In this document: piece by piece, positions 38,647-47,981 of the stretch
Numbering within the stretch: the stretch's first letter is position 1
How the letters are laid out: each line of letters begins with the position of its first letter
From: Pseudomonadota bacterium
GTDB taxonomy: Bacteria; Pseudomonadota; Alphaproteobacteria; SHVZ01
Direction of reading: 5' to 3'
Assembly (NCBI GenBank): GCA_016195085.1
Contig: JACQAG010000054.1
Coordinates: 7,045-71,044, forward strand
Length of the DNA: 64,000 nt
Program-made: the position numbers and the translations under genes
Notes under the pieces: generated by a model
Seen by the model: only the letters and a program-made list of their open reading frames with translations
Told to the model about the DNA's origin: nothing
Database searches by the model: none

Positions 38647-39531
38647 ATGACTACGGCTGCGCCACAGAGTGCCACGCTCGCCATCGCCGGCGGCCAGGAT
38701 GCCTTCAACATCCTGAAGAATTGCCGTCACGGAGCGATGCTGTTCAACCGCAATGACCAGTATGTCGGTCGCTCGCTGGAACTTTACGGCGAGTACTGCG
38801 AGGCGCGGGTGGAAACGCTGCGCCAGCTTCTGCAGCAGGGCGACGTCGTCGTCGATGTCGGCGCCTATATCGGGAACACCACCTTGTTCTACGCCCGAGC
38901 GGTGGGCGAGAAGGGCGCGGTCGTCGCCTTCGAGCCGCAGCGTGTGATCTTTCAGACGTTGTGCGCCAACTTGGCCTTGAACAGCATGACCAACGTGTAT
39001 GCCGTGCATGCCGCCGTCGGCGACGAGCGCGGGCAAGCTGTGGTGCCGCTCCTGAAGCCGGAGTTGGAAAACAACTTCGCGGCTCTCGGGCTCGAAGATT
39101 CCAAATGGGACCAGGGCGATAGCGTTCCGGTGACGACGATCGACAATCTGGAGTTGCGCAACTGCCGCTTCATATCGGTGGATGTCGAGGGCATGGAGCT
39201 GGCGGTGCTCAAAGGGGCGGAGGCCACCATCGCCACCTGCGCTCCAATCTTGTTCGTCGCCAACCATCGCAAGGACAAGTCTGCCGCCTTGATCACCCAC
39301 CTTCTCGATCGCGGCTATCAGCTCTACTGGGACGTCGCCAAGGTCTACTCGCCATCGAATTTCTTCGGCAAAGCCGACAACGTCTTCGAAGACATGGTCA
39401 ACGTCGGGATGATCGGACTGCCGCCTGGCGACACGCTTGCGGTCGACGGACGCCAGATTACCAGCGCGACCGACACTTGGCATGGCACGGCCACGGTGCG
39501 CATCTTCGCGCCGCCAGGCAAGGGCGGTTGA
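38647..39531 (+). CDS. FkbM-family SAM-dependent methyltransferase
   Basis: 294 aa. VVDVGAYIGNTTLFYARAVGEKGAVVAFEPQ FkbM-domain signature. Confidence 0.7.
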   Translation: MTTAAPQSATLAIAGGQDAFNILKNCRHGAMLFNRNDQYVGRSLELYGEYCEARVETLRQLLQQGDVVVDVGAYIGNTTLFYARAVGEKGAVVAFEPQRVIFQTLCANLALNSMTNVYAVHAAVGDERGQAVVPLLKPELENNFAALGLEDSKWDQGDSVPVTTIDNLELRNCRFISVDVEGMELAVLKGAEATIATCAPILFVANHRKDKSAALITHLLDRGYQLYWDVAKVYSPSNFFGKADNVFEDMVNVGMIGLPPGDTLAVDGRQITSATDTWHGTATVRIFAPPGKGG

Positions 39532-39548
39532 TCACCACCGGCTGACGC

Positions 39549-41426
39549 GTGCGGGAAGGGGCGGCCAGAGCGGCAATCGACACACTTCTCGCCGCTGCTT
39601 TGGCCGATCACCGCTCGGGACGACTTGCCGAAGCGGCGGCGGGCTACCAGGCGGTGCTGGCCCAATCCCCCGAGCATGTCGACGCACTGCATCTCCTCGG
39701 ACAGATCGCGCGCGATCAGGGCCTTCTCGACGCCGCCTCGCACTTGATCGGACGCGCGGTCGAGCGCGATCCGAGCTTCGCCGAGGCCCAAAACAGCTTG
39801 GGCACGGTGGTCAAGGCCAAAGGCGACCTCGTTCGGGCGATCGGGTGCTTTCAGACGGCGGTCCGTTTGCAGCCGAACTACGGGGTGGCGCTCAACAATC
39901 TGGGCAATGCGTGGATGGATTTGGGCGACCGTCCAACGGCCGCCGCCGCGATCGGCCGCGCCCTGGTGCTGGACCCGACCTACGCCGAGGCCCATGGCAA
40001 TCTCGGGAACGCCCTGCAACTGCAGGGCGAGGTCGACGAGGCGCAGCCGTGCTATCGGCGTGCGCTGGCGCTCACACCCGGCTCCGCCACGTCATGGAGC
40101 AACCTCGCCAGCCTCGACCAAGCGCTGGCCGAAGCCGAATCCGCCGAGCGGCGCTTCCGGCGGGCGCTGGCGATCAAGCCGGAGCCATGGCTACACAGCA
40201 ACCTGCTCTTTGCCATGTCCTATGATCCGGCGGTGACGTCGGAGCGTCTGTTCGCCGAGTACCGGCGCTGGGAGCAACGCCATGGGCGGCCCTGCTATGG
40301 GCGGATCCGTGCGTATGCCAACCCGCGCCAGCCCGATCGGCGCCTCAGGCTCGGCTACGTCTCCGCCGATTTCCGCGCGCATCCGGTCGGTTGGAACGTG
40401 CTGGGGCTGATCGAGCGGCATGATCGGGAGCGGTTCCAGGTCTTCTGCTACGGCGATGTTCTCCGGCCGGACCGTATTACCGAGCGCTTCGCCCAGCGGG
40501 CCGAGGTCTGGCGTGGCGTCACCGGCGTCGGAGACGAGGCGCTGGCCGAGCGCATACGCGCCGACGGGATCGATGTTCTCGTCATCCTCGCCGGTCACAC
40601 CGGCCGCAATCGACTGCGCGCGGCGGCCTTTAAGCCGGCCCCGGTGCAGGTGAGCTTTCACGATCTGTCGACGAGCGGCCTCGAGGTGATGGATGCGTGG
40701 CTGACCGATCCCAGCCTGCATCCGGCGGACACGCACGAGCGCTTCACCGAGAAATTGATCCGCTTGCCTTGCTTCTATTTGCATCAAGCTCCGGAGGACG
40801 CGCCGGAGCCGGGACCGGCGCCGGAGACCCGGAACGGGTTCATCACCTTCGGCTCGTGCAACAACACCGCAAAGCTCAATCGCGAGGTCCTGGCGCTGTG
40901 GTCCGATGTGCTCCGCGCTGTTCCAGGCTCTCGGTTGCTCTTCAAGTATCTCAACCGCTTCGCCGCTCCGGGACTGCGCCGGCGCATCGGCGAGACCATG
41001 GCGCGGCTCGGCATCGCTGCCTCTCGGCTGGAGTTCCTGCCCGGCGAGCTCGGCCGTGGCGAGCAGCTCGCCGTCTTGACCGGTGTCGACATCGCTCTCG
41101 ACCCATTTCCCTTCAGCGGATCGACCGCGACGTTTGAAGCGCTTTGGATGGGCGTGCCTGTCGTCTCGCTGGCAGGCGAACGGTTCCTCGGGCGGGTAGG
41201 GGGCTCGGTCCTGGCTCAAGTCGGTCTGTCCGACCTCGTCGGCGCGGATCGAGCGGCCTATGTGCGGATTGCCGCCGCGCTCGCCGGCGATCGCGGACGT
41301 CGCATGGAACTCCGCCAAGAGCTTCGCGGCCGGCTCGCTGTTTCGCCCCTTTGCGAGGCCGACGCCTATGCGCGTTCGGTCGAGGTGGCCTACCGCACAC
41401 TCTGGCAGACTTGGTGCCGGGGGTGA
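39549..41426 (+). CDS. TPR + GT41 FlmG-like glycosyltransferase (paralog 5)
   Basis: 625 aa, GTG start. ITFGSCNNTAKLN, VDIALDPFPFSGSTATFEALWMGVPVVSLAGE, SPLCEADAYARSVEVAYRTLW. Confidence 0.8.
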   Translation: MREGAARAAIDTLLAAALADHRSGRLAEAAAGYQAVLAQSPEHVDALHLLGQIARDQGLLDAASHLIGRAVERDPSFAEAQNSLGTVVKAKGDLVRAIGCFQTAVRLQPNYGVALNNLGNAWMDLGDRPTAAAAIGRALVLDPTYAEAHGNLGNALQLQGEVDEAQPCYRRALALTPGSATSWSNLASLDQALAEAESAERRFRRALAIKPEPWLHSNLLFAMSYDPAVTSERLFAEYRRWEQRHGRPCYGRIRAYANPRQPDRRLRLGYVSADFRAHPVGWNVLGLIERHDRERFQVFCYGDVLRPDRITERFAQRAEVWRGVTGVGDEALAERIRADGIDVLVILAGHTGRNRLRAAAFKPAPVQVSFHDLSTSGLEVMDAWLTDPSLHPADTHERFTEKLIRLPCFYLHQAPEDAPEPGPAPETRNGFITFGSCNNTAKLNREVLALWSDVLRAVPGSRLLFKYLNRFAAPGLRRRIGETMARLGIAASRLEFLPGELGRGEQLAVLTGVDIALDPFPFSGSTATFEALWMGVPVVSLAGERFLGRVGGSVLAQVGLSDLVGADRAAYVRIAAALAGDRGRRMELRQELRGRLAVSPLCEADAYARSVEVAYRTLWQTWCRG

Positions 41427-43600
41427 CGGTGGACGTGCTCCGCGCTGCCATCGCGCGACACCGCTCCGGCGATCTTGCGGGGGCAGAGCAGCTTTACCGG
41501 CAAGTGCTCGAAGCCGAGCCCGGACGAGCCGACACACTGCACCTGCTTGGGCTCCTGCTCGGCGCCGTCGGCCGCAGCGACGAGGCTGCTAGCTATCTCA
41601 GCGAGGCGGCAAGGCGGGTTCCCGCGCAGGCGCTCTACCAGCTCGCCGCCGGAGAGGCTTTGCGCGCCGCCGGCAAAAGTGCGGAGGCCGGCGCTCTCCT
41701 GGAGAAGGCGCGGCAACGCTTCCCGGCGGATGCGGCGCTCGCGACGGCCCTCGGCCTTGCCCTCTTCGATCAAGCCAACGTCGCGATGGCGGCGGGCCGC
41801 CTGCCGATGGCCGAGGCGTTGTTGCGGCGTGCGATCGATCTCATGCCGCTGTCGGCCGAAGCGCATTTCAATCTTGGCAACGCCTTGAGCGAACAAGGGC
41901 GGCTTGAGGCAGCGCTCGGCGCCTATGGCGCGGCCCTCGAGCGGGCTCCGCTGCTGGGACCGGCGCATACCAACCTCATGCGGGCGTTGAAGCGCCTCGG
42001 CCGAACCGGCGAGGCTGCCCTCCATGGTCGCCGGGCGATCGCGATCGAGCCGTCCTCATACCCGGCCTTGGTGAACTTCGGAGATCTTTGGATCGTCGCC
42101 GGTCGCCTGCATCTGGCCGGGGCGCCGCTCCGGCGTGCCCGCTGGATCAATGCCGCGCCGGCCGAAGCGTTGCTGACCGAGGGCGTCTCGAGCCTGCTCG
42201 CCGGTCACTTCGGCGCCGCGCGTCGCGCCATCGCGGCGGCGCTCGCGCTGGCACCAGGGTTGCCAACGGCGTTCAACAATTTTGCAGCCGCCGGCATCGA
42301 GCCCAGGGAGGTCCGACGGAGCTTTCAGCGGGCGCTCGCGATCGAACCCGGTAATGCCCAGGTGCACAGCAATCTGCTGTTCGCCGAGGCCTACGCGGCG
42401 GAACTGGACAACCCTGCCCGGTTTGCCGAGATCCGGCGCTGGCAAAGCCGTCATGCCCTGCTCCGACCGACCCGCGGCGGTCCCCACGCCAATCGCCGCG
42501 AGCCCGAGCGGCCGCTCAAGGTGGGTTATCTGTCGGCCGATCTGCGTAGCCACCCCATCGCCTACAACCTCGAAGGCCTGTTCGAGAACCACGATGGGTC
42601 GGTCGTCGAGACCTATGCCTACAGCCTGGCCGCCGCCCCCGACGAGGTAACAAACCGGCTGACGCAAAAGGTCAACCAGTGGCGCAACGTTGCCGGTCTC
42701 GGCGAGGCGGAGATCGCCGAGCGCGCGCGGCAGGATGGCATCGACATCCTGGTGCTGCTGGCCGCGCATATCGGCGACAACCGGCCGCTGGTCGCAGCCT
42801 ATGGAGCCGCTCCGGTCCAGATCGCCTTTCACGATGTCATGAGCAGCGGAGTCGCCGCCATCGGCTATTGGCTCACGGACTGGGTGTTGCACCCTCAGGA
42901 CACGCCCGAGCAATTCACCGAAAGGCTGGTGCGGCTGCCTTGCTTTTATCTGCACCGACCGCCGGCCGGGGCACCCGAGCCGATGGTCGCACCCGCCGCA
43001 CAGAGTCGCTATATAACATTCGGATCGTGCAATAACCCGTTAAAAATAAACGATTTAGTGGTTGACGTCTGGGGCCGGATCCTGCACCAGGTTCCAGACT
43101 CGCGGCTCCTGCTCAAATACAAAAATTGTTTCGCCGACGCTTATGTGCAGGACTGCTTTCGCAGACGCTTTGCCGAGCGCAACGTCCCAAGCGAGCGGCT
43201 GATGTTCGTCGGCGGCGATCTGGCCCGGAGCGAGCAGCTGGCGTTGCTCAACCGTATCGATGTCGCCCTCGATCCGTTTCCGTTCAACGGCTCGACTACC
43301 AGCTTCGAGGCCTTGTGGATGGGCGTGCCGCTGGTGACCATGGCCGGCGACCACTTCGTCGCCCGGGTCGGTGCCAGCTTGCTCGTGCCGCTGGGCCTTG
43401 AGGAGTGGGTGGCGCATGACGCCGATGAGTACCGCAGGATCGCGATCCGCCTCGCAGGCGAGGCGCGGGGGGCGAAGGAACCGCGGATTCGGTTGCGCCA
43501 CCAGGTCGCCGCCTCGCCGCTCTGCGATGCCCGGGCTTACGCCCGCGCCATCGAGAGCGCATACCGGTCGATGTGGCGGGAGTGGTGCGCCCAGCGATGA
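41423..43600 (+). CDS. TPR + GT41 FlmG-like glycosyltransferase (paralog 6)
   Basis: Start GTG 41423 (GTGA overlap); the ORF-track 41144 start overlaps the upstream gene and is rejected. ITFGSCNNPLKIN, VDVALDPFPFNGSTTSFEALWMGVPLVTMAGD. Confidence 0.8.
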   Translation: MTVDVLRAAIARHRSGDLAGAEQLYRQVLEAEPGRADTLHLLGLLLGAVGRSDEAASYLSEAARRVPAQALYQLAAGEALRAAGKSAEAGALLEKARQRFPADAALATALGLALFDQANVAMAAGRLPMAEALLRRAIDLMPLSAEAHFNLGNALSEQGRLEAALGAYGAALERAPLLGPAHTNLMRALKRLGRTGEAALHGRRAIAIEPSSYPALVNFGDLWIVAGRLHLAGAPLRRARWINAAPAEALLTEGVSSLLAGHFGAARRAIAAALALAPGLPTAFNNFAAAGIEPREVRRSFQRALAIEPGNAQVHSNLLFAEAYAAELDNPARFAEIRRWQSRHALLRPTRGGPHANRREPERPLKVGYLSADLRSHPIAYNLEGLFENHDGSVVETYAYSLAAAPDEVTNRLTQKVNQWRNVAGLGEAEIAERARQDGIDILVLLAAHIGDNRPLVAAYGAAPVQIAFHDVMSSGVAAIGYWLTDWVLHPQDTPEQFTERLVRLPCFYLHRPPAGAPEPMVAPAAQSRYITFGSCNNPLKINDLVVDVWGRILHQVPDSRLLLKYKNCFADAYVQDCFRRRFAERNVPSERLMFVGGDLARSEQLALLNRIDVALDPFPFNGSTTSFEALWMGVPLVTMAGDHFVARVGASLLVPLGLEEWVAHDADEYRRIAIRLAGEARGAKEPRIRLRHQVAASPLCDARAYARAIESAYRSMWREWCAQR

Positions 43601-45792
43601 ACGATGAGCCGCAAGCCGTGCCGCGTTCGGCGGAGGCCAGCTATGAAGCCGGAAACGCCAGCTTCGCCGCGGGCGACCTCGCCGCGGCGCGCTCGGCCTA
43701 CGCCGCCGCCGTTCGTCGCAAGCCGGGGTTTGCCGAGGCGCACTACAATCTTGGCATCGTGCTGCACCGGCTTGGCGACCGCGAGGGTGCCGCGCGATCG
43801 TTTGCGGCGGCGCTGACGATCCGTCCGCATCTCGCGCTGGCGCGCCTCAACCTGGCGACGCTTCGCCACGAGAGCGGGGACCTTCGGAGCGCGATCCGCC
43901 TCTACCGCGGCGTGCTTGCAGAAGAGCCGCAGCTGAGCGACGCGCTGGGCAATCTGGGGCAGGCCCTCGGGCGTCATACTGAAGCGGGAGCTCCGGCGCT
44001 GATCTGGCTCGCGCGCGCCTTGGCCGTTTCGCCCTTGGACGCCTCGACACTTTGCAATTTGGGCGCGATGCTCGACGACAACCGCGCCGCGCAGCGACGG
44101 CTCCGAGGATCCCTGGCCTTGGCCCCGATGCTGGCCGCCGCGCAACTGAACTACGGCACTCGGCTGCGCGAAGCAGCCGCGTGGCCGGCAGCGCAGCGCT
44201 GCTACCGCCGGGCACTGGTCCTTGCCCATGGCGCCGTGGCGCTGACCAATCTTGCCCTTGTCGCTCTCGATCTCAACGATGGCGTGGAGGCCGAGCGCCG
44301 CTATCGCCAGGCGCTTGCGCTCGAGCCGGCTCTTGCCGGTACGCATCGCGGCAGGGCCGAGCTGGAGCATCGGCGAGGAGAAATCGGCCGCTCTTGGCTG
44401 CGTGCCGCCCGTGCCTTGGCGATCGATCCCGACGATGGCGGCGCGGCCAACAACCTCGCCAACGCCCTCCTGGCTCTGGGCAAGGCCGGTACCGCCGTCA
44501 GCTACTACCGACAGGCCCTCGAAGCTGATTCTTCGAATCAGCTATACCATAACAACTTATTGTTCTGTTTGGCTTATGTGCCGGACTCGACTATCGAGGA
44601 TCTGTACCTCGAAGCGCGCCGCTGGGAAGCCCGGCACGCGGCTTCGAATTATCGGGAGATCCTTCGGCACGACAATCCGCGGCTGCTGGATCGGAGGCTC
44701 CGGGTTGCCTATCTCTCCGCGGATTTCCGCGATCACCCCGTTGCCTGGAACCTGCTCGGGCTGCTCGAGAACCATGATCGCCCTGCGATCGCCGCTTTTG
44801 GATACGCGGAGCTCAGAACCACGCCCGATGCCATGACCGAGCGTTGCCGCGGATTGATGGAGGGTTGGCGTGATACCGCAGGCCTCAGCGATCGGGCCGT
44901 GGCGAAGCAAATCCGCAGCGACGCCATCGACATCCTCGTCACCATCGCCGGGCATACCGGGCCCAACCGTCTGGGCGTGGCCTCCTTCAGGCCGGCGCCG
45001 GTGCAAGTGAGCATGTACGACATCACGACCAGCGGGCTCGAGGTCATGGATGCCTGGCTGACCGATTCAGTGCTGCATCCGGCCGATACCGCCGAGAAGG
45101 CCACCGAGCGGTTGGTGCGGTTGGCGCGCTTTTGCGTGCATCGGCCGCCGGAAGCCTCACCCCCGCTCGTGCCGCCGCCGGTTTGCGGGCGGGGCTACGT
45201 CACTTTCGGCTCCTGCAACAATCCGGCAAAGCTGAACGAGCCCGTGGCGGCGGCCTGGGCCTCGATCCTGCGGCAGGTTCCGGGCTCGCGGCTTGCGTTG
45301 AAGTACAAGGGTTGGTTTCGCGATCCGATGGTCGCCTGCCGCTTCACCGAGCTCTTCGCCAGCCATGGCATCGCTCCGGACAGGCTGGAGCTCCTGGGAG
45401 GCGACCTTCCCAAAGCAAGCCAGCTCGCGGTGCTGAACGGGTTCGACATCGCCCTCGATCCGTTTCCCTTCAACGGATCGACCACGACCTTCGAAGCGTT
45501 GTGGATGGGGCTTCCGGTCGTGAGTCTCGCCGGCCATCGCTCAACCGGGCGAATGGGGGCCGATATGCTGCAGGGGCTTGGGCTGGGCGAGCTGGTCGCC
45601 GGCGCGGTCGAGGACTATGTCCGCATCGCCGTTGCCCTGGCGCGGGACCCGGAGCGTTTGGCGGCCCTGCGTGCGAGGCTAAGGCCGCTGCTATCGGCCT
45701 CGGCGTGGTGCGATGCGGTGGGCTACGCGCGGACGGTCGAGGCTGCCTACCGCACGCTCTGGCGAGAGTGGTGCGCCGGCGAACGGCCGTGA
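43597..45792 (+). CDS. TPR + GT41 FlmG-like glycosyltransferase (paralog 7)
   Basis: Start ATG 43597 (ATGA overlap). VTFGSCNNPAKLN, FDIALDPFPFNGSTTTFEALWMGLPVVSLAGH. Confidence 0.8.
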   Translation: MNDEPQAVPRSAEASYEAGNASFAAGDLAAARSAYAAAVRRKPGFAEAHYNLGIVLHRLGDREGAARSFAAALTIRPHLALARLNLATLRHESGDLRSAIRLYRGVLAEEPQLSDALGNLGQALGRHTEAGAPALIWLARALAVSPLDASTLCNLGAMLDDNRAAQRRLRGSLALAPMLAAAQLNYGTRLREAAAWPAAQRCYRRALVLAHGAVALTNLALVALDLNDGVEAERRYRQALALEPALAGTHRGRAELEHRRGEIGRSWLRAARALAIDPDDGGAANNLANALLALGKAGTAVSYYRQALEADSSNQLYHNNLLFCLAYVPDSTIEDLYLEARRWEARHAASNYREILRHDNPRLLDRRLRVAYLSADFRDHPVAWNLLGLLENHDRPAIAAFGYAELRTTPDAMTERCRGLMEGWRDTAGLSDRAVAKQIRSDAIDILVTIAGHTGPNRLGVASFRPAPVQVSMYDITTSGLEVMDAWLTDSVLHPADTAEKATERLVRLARFCVHRPPEASPPLVPPPVCGRGYVTFGSCNNPAKLNEPVAAAWASILRQVPGSRLALKYKGWFRDPMVACRFTELFASHGIAPDRLELLGGDLPKASQLAVLNGFDIALDPFPFNGSTTTFEALWMGLPVVSLAGHRSTGRMGADMLQGLGLGELVAGAVEDYVRIAVALARDPERLAALRARLRPLLSASAWCDAVGYARTVEAAYRTLWREWCAGERP

Positions 45793-47981
45793 GCGGTACC
45801 GATCAGGTCTTTCAGGCGGCGTTCGCCTTGCACCAGGCCGGTCGCCTGGCGGAGGCGGAGGCGCTGTACGGGCATCTCTTGAGCCGCGAACCCAACCACG
45901 CCGAGGCGCTGCATTTCTCGGGCGTGCTGGCGCTGTCGGCGGGACGCCCGGACGAGGCCGTCCGGCGCATCGCCCGCGCCCTCGAGCTGGCGCCGGAAGC
46001 GGCCGATGCCCATGCCCATCTGGGTCTCGCCTTCAAAGCGGTCAGCCGCCTTGAGGAGGCGCGCGCCAGTCTCGAGACCGCCGTCCGCCTGGATCCGACC
46101 GATGCCGGCAAGCACAACAATTTGGGCGTGGTCTTGCGCGCCGCCGGCGAACCGATGGCCCCTCGCTCATTTCGCAGAGCGCTCGTCTTCGATCCCGGAT
46201 TTGCCGAGGCCCACAACAACCTCGGCAATGCCGCGCACGACCTGCATGATCTCGACCAGGCCGCCGCCCGCCTCGCGCGAGCCGTCGCGCTGCGGCCCGG
46301 CTATGCCGATGCCTTGCGCAATCTCGGCACCGTGCTCGCCGCCGGCGGCGCGTTGCAGCGGGCGGTTACGGCGTATATGCGCGCGCTCGAGCTCAAACCC
46401 GATCAGCTCGATACCATCCACAATTTGGGCGCGACACTTCTGTCGCTCGACCGGGTCGAGGCGGCGCTCGCCTGCTTTCGGCGTGAAGCGGCCTCGCGCC
46501 CTGGCGAGGCCGGGGCGTGGGGCAGCCTCGGCGCCGCCGAAAAGGCCCAGGGCCGCATCGGCCGGGCGATCGTCCAGCATCGCAGGGCGCTCGCGATCGA
46601 TGGCGACGACGCCTCTTCGGTCAACAATTTGGCCGATGCTCTTCAGGCGCTGGGCGATGTCACGGCGGCGGCAAGGCAGTTTCGGCGTGCAATCCAGCTT
46701 CGTCCAAAAGATCAAGATATGAACAGCAATCTATTGTTTTGTTTGTGTTACGACGCAGGCACAAGCAACGCTGGGCTCTTTGCCGAGGCGCGGCAATGGG
46801 AGTCCCGGCACGCCGCTCCCCATTACGCGCGCACCCGGACCCACGCCAACCGGGCCGAGCCCGAGCGCCTGCTCAATCTTGGCTATGTTTCGGCAGATTT
46901 CCGCGACCATCCGGTCGGCCGCAATGTCCTTGGTCTCCTCCAACACCACGACCGCCAGGAGATCCGGGTCCATTGCTATGCCGAGCAGCGACTGGCCATC
47001 GATGCCCTGACTGAGCGCTTTCGCGCGCTGTCGCCGTGCTGGCGCGCGACCACGGGGCTTCCCGATGAGGCGATCGCCGCCCTCATCGGCAAGGACCAAA
47101 TCGATATCCTCGTGCTGCTGGCTGGGCATACCGGGCACAACCGGCTCGGCGTGGCCGCCCATCGGCCGGCGCCGGTGCAGGTGAGCTTCCATGACGTGAC
47201 GACGAGCGGCCTCGGCGTCATGGATGCCTGGCTCACCGACGCCGTCCTCCATCCCGACGACAGCACCGAGGCGTTCACCGAAGCCCTGGTGCGGCTCCCA
47301 TGCTTTTACCTGCATCGACCGCCTGATCCCTCGCCGGCGGTCGCGCCGCCGCCGCATCTGAGCACCGGCCGGATCACCTTCGGCTCATGCAACAATCCGG
47401 CGAAGCTGGGCGAGAGGGTGATCGAGACGTGGTCGGCGATCCTCAGATCGGTCCCGGGTGCGCGCCTGCTCTTGAAGTACGTCGATTGGTTCGCCGACCC
47501 GGCGGTGGCGGGGCGCATTGCCGGCATGTTTCAACGCCACGGGATCGGCCCGGAGCGACTCGATTTCCTTGGCGGCGATCTCAGGCGCGTGGAGCAGCTG
47601 GCGGTACTGCATCGGATCGACATTGCGCTCGATCCATTCCCCTTCAACGGCTCGACCACCACCTTCGAGGCGCTATGGATGGGGGTTCCGGTGGTGAGCC
47701 TCGCGGGCGGGCGCTTCGTCGGGCGCGTGGGGGCGAGCGTGTCGGCGCAGCTCGGCCTCGACGATTTGGTTGCCGCGACAACGGCGGACTACGTTCGGAT
47801 CGCCGTCGCCCTGGCAGCGGACCATGGCCGCCTGGCAAGGCTTCGAAGTGACCTGCGTCCTCGCCTGGCAGCCTCGCCGCTCTTGGATGCCCCGGCCTAT
47901 GCGCGATCCGTCGAGCAAGCCTATCGGGAGCTGTGGCGCACCTGGTGCGCCAACCGGCGGGGCGTCAGGCCCGCGGATTGA
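45789..47981 (+). CDS. TPR + GT41 FlmG-like glycosyltransferase (paralog 8)
   Basis: Start GTG 45789 (GTGA overlap); the ORF-track 45132 start is rejected. ITFGSCNNPAKLG, IDIALDPFPFNGSTTTFEALWMGVPVVSLAGG. Confidence 0.8.
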   Translation: MSGTDQVFQAAFALHQAGRLAEAEALYGHLLSREPNHAEALHFSGVLALSAGRPDEAVRRIARALELAPEAADAHAHLGLAFKAVSRLEEARASLETAVRLDPTDAGKHNNLGVVLRAAGEPMAPRSFRRALVFDPGFAEAHNNLGNAAHDLHDLDQAAARLARAVALRPGYADALRNLGTVLAAGGALQRAVTAYMRALELKPDQLDTIHNLGATLLSLDRVEAALACFRREAASRPGEAGAWGSLGAAEKAQGRIGRAIVQHRRALAIDGDDASSVNNLADALQALGDVTAAARQFRRAIQLRPKDQDMNSNLLFCLCYDAGTSNAGLFAEARQWESRHAAPHYARTRTHANRAEPERLLNLGYVSADFRDHPVGRNVLGLLQHHDRQEIRVHCYAEQRLAIDALTERFRALSPCWRATTGLPDEAIAALIGKDQIDILVLLAGHTGHNRLGVAAHRPAPVQVSFHDVTTSGLGVMDAWLTDAVLHPDDSTEAFTEALVRLPCFYLHRPPDPSPAVAPPPHLSTGRITFGSCNNPAKLGERVIETWSAILRSVPGARLLLKYVDWFADPAVAGRIAGMFQRHGIGPERLDFLGGDLRRVEQLAVLHRIDIALDPFPFNGSTTTFEALWMGVPVVSLAGGRFVGRVGASVSAQLGLDDLVAATTADYVRIAVALAADHGRLARLRSDLRPRLAASPLLDAPAYARSVEQAYRELWRTWCANRRGVRPAD

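Noticed and set aside
41144-41422. Upstream extensions of tandem TPR-GT41 ORFs (also 45132-45788, 36477-36539, 43573-43596, 60280-60576)
   Set aside because: Extensions overlap the preceding gene and lack the conserved TPR N-terminal consensus. Coupled ATGA/GTGA starts give consistent N-termini.
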